DNA of 64,000 nucleotides from Octopus vulgaris (Eukaryota), in the NCBI GenBank assembly GCA_951406725.2, contig OX597838.1, positions 42,656,001 to 42,720,000 on the forward strand. Direction: 5' to 3'. Positions 62,726 through 64,000 of the stretch are shown here, one piece after another. The stretch's first letter is position 1. Every line of letters starts with the position of its first letter. Both the position numbers and the translations under genes were made by a program. The notes under the pieces were generated by a model. It worked only from the letters and a program-made list of their open reading frames with translations. It had not been told where the DNA came from and ran no database searches.

Positions 62726-63527
62726 TCTCCCTGGGGCTGATCAATTAATCATTAAGTAGCAGTTATATGTGTGTGTGTGTGTGTGTGTAATGGTGGGATG
62801 GGGACAAGTGCAAAAGGGAAGATCGATTAAATTAACTTCACTGTTCTCCTCTCAAATTTGTGCCAAAATTAAAAAAAAAAAGAAGGCCGGGTAGGGAGTG
62901 TAGAGTGCAAGAATAGTTGTGTGGTTAAGAAATCTGCTTCCCAATCACATGATTTCAGGTTCAATCTCACTGCATGGCATCTTCGGTGTCTTCTACTATT
63001 GCCCTGGGCCAACCAAAATTATGTAAGTGGATTCAGTAGACAAATACCTCAAAAGATTTGTGTGTGTGTGTGCGTATGTGTATGTGTGTGCACGCTTCTT
63101 TACATTTGCACTTTATAAATAGTTGGTTGTTGTTGTTTAACCCCAGGTCAACTCCACTAAGTAGGCCGATGATCAAAAACATTCTATGGCCATTTTGTAT
63201 TAGTTTAGAAGTTTAAAGGGTTACAGTAACCTGTGAGGCCCTTTCCTTTTAAGATGGTAGGATGCAGTGGGGTTGATTTTAAATAGATTTAGTTGTTGTT
63301 GTTGTTATTATTACTATAAGAAGCAAAATCATCAGCACGCTGGATGAAATGGTTAGCGGTATTTCACCCATCACTATATTCTGAGTTCAAATTCCGCCGA
63401 GGTTGACTTTGCCTTTCATCCTTTCGGGGTCGATAAATTAAATACCAGTGAAACACTGGTGTCAATGTAATCGACTATCCCCCCCCACTCAAATTCCTGG
63501 TCTAGTGCCTATAGTATTGTGCTAATA

Positions 63528-63561
<34 letters not shown>

Positions 63562-64000
63562 GATGATGATGATGATGATGATGATTAAAGTGCCAAGCTT
63601 GCAGAATCATTAGCAAACCAGATGAAATATTTTCAGCATTTGTTCTGACTTTTCGTCCTGAATTGAAATACGACCGAGGTGGACTTTGCCTTTCATCCTT
63701 TTAGAATCAATAAAATAAGTCACGGGGCTCAACAAACCTGCTCCCTTGAAATTTCAGGTTCTGTGCCTTTAGTAAAACGGAATATTATTAGTAGTAGTGG
63801 TCAGGTGGTGAGCTAGCAGCATTTCATCCGTCTTTGATTCTGAGTTCAAATTCCACCAAAGTCAAATCTGCCTTTCACGGTCAATAAAATAAGGACCAGT
63901 TGAATCCTGGGGTAGATGTAATTGACTTACTCCCTCCTTCAAATTGCTGGCCTTGTGCCAAAATTTGAAACCATTATTATTATTATTAAACTCGCCTGTG

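Overview
Eukaryotic, AT-rich, repeat-dense genomic DNA. The SINE/RTE repeat complement and microsatellite load suggest an octopus or other coleoid cephalopod (inference). Three conserved minus-strand protein-coding genes are reconstructed with phase-consistent GT-AG junctions: the 5' part of OTUD3 (exon 903-1595; candidate first exon and ETS promoter near 9.5-9.8 kb), a complete 3-exon TMEM101 (26282 to 22521), and seven coding exons of the nuclear receptor E78/NR1E (62097 to 49304; its 5' end is not identified in the window). The rest is a transposon patchwork: RTE LINE fragments carrying a PHD finger, RTE-type 3' tails with tandem 68-bp structured units, tRNA-derived and Meta-type SINEs, a full-length decayed mariner, Tc1 and Tigger remnants, hAT-, piggyBac- and Merlin-like MITEs, a Helitron and a foldback element. 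Best leads: an unannotated divergent plus-strand spliced unit driven from an RFX X-box cluster at 10.7 kb, a palindromic Penelope-type hammerhead relic at 41.9 kb, the pseudoknot-like 68-bp array at 33.6 kb, and the poly-Q/low-complexity leader of OTUD3. No CRISPR array, rRNA or genuine tRNA was found. All family assignments are from recalled motifs, not database searches.
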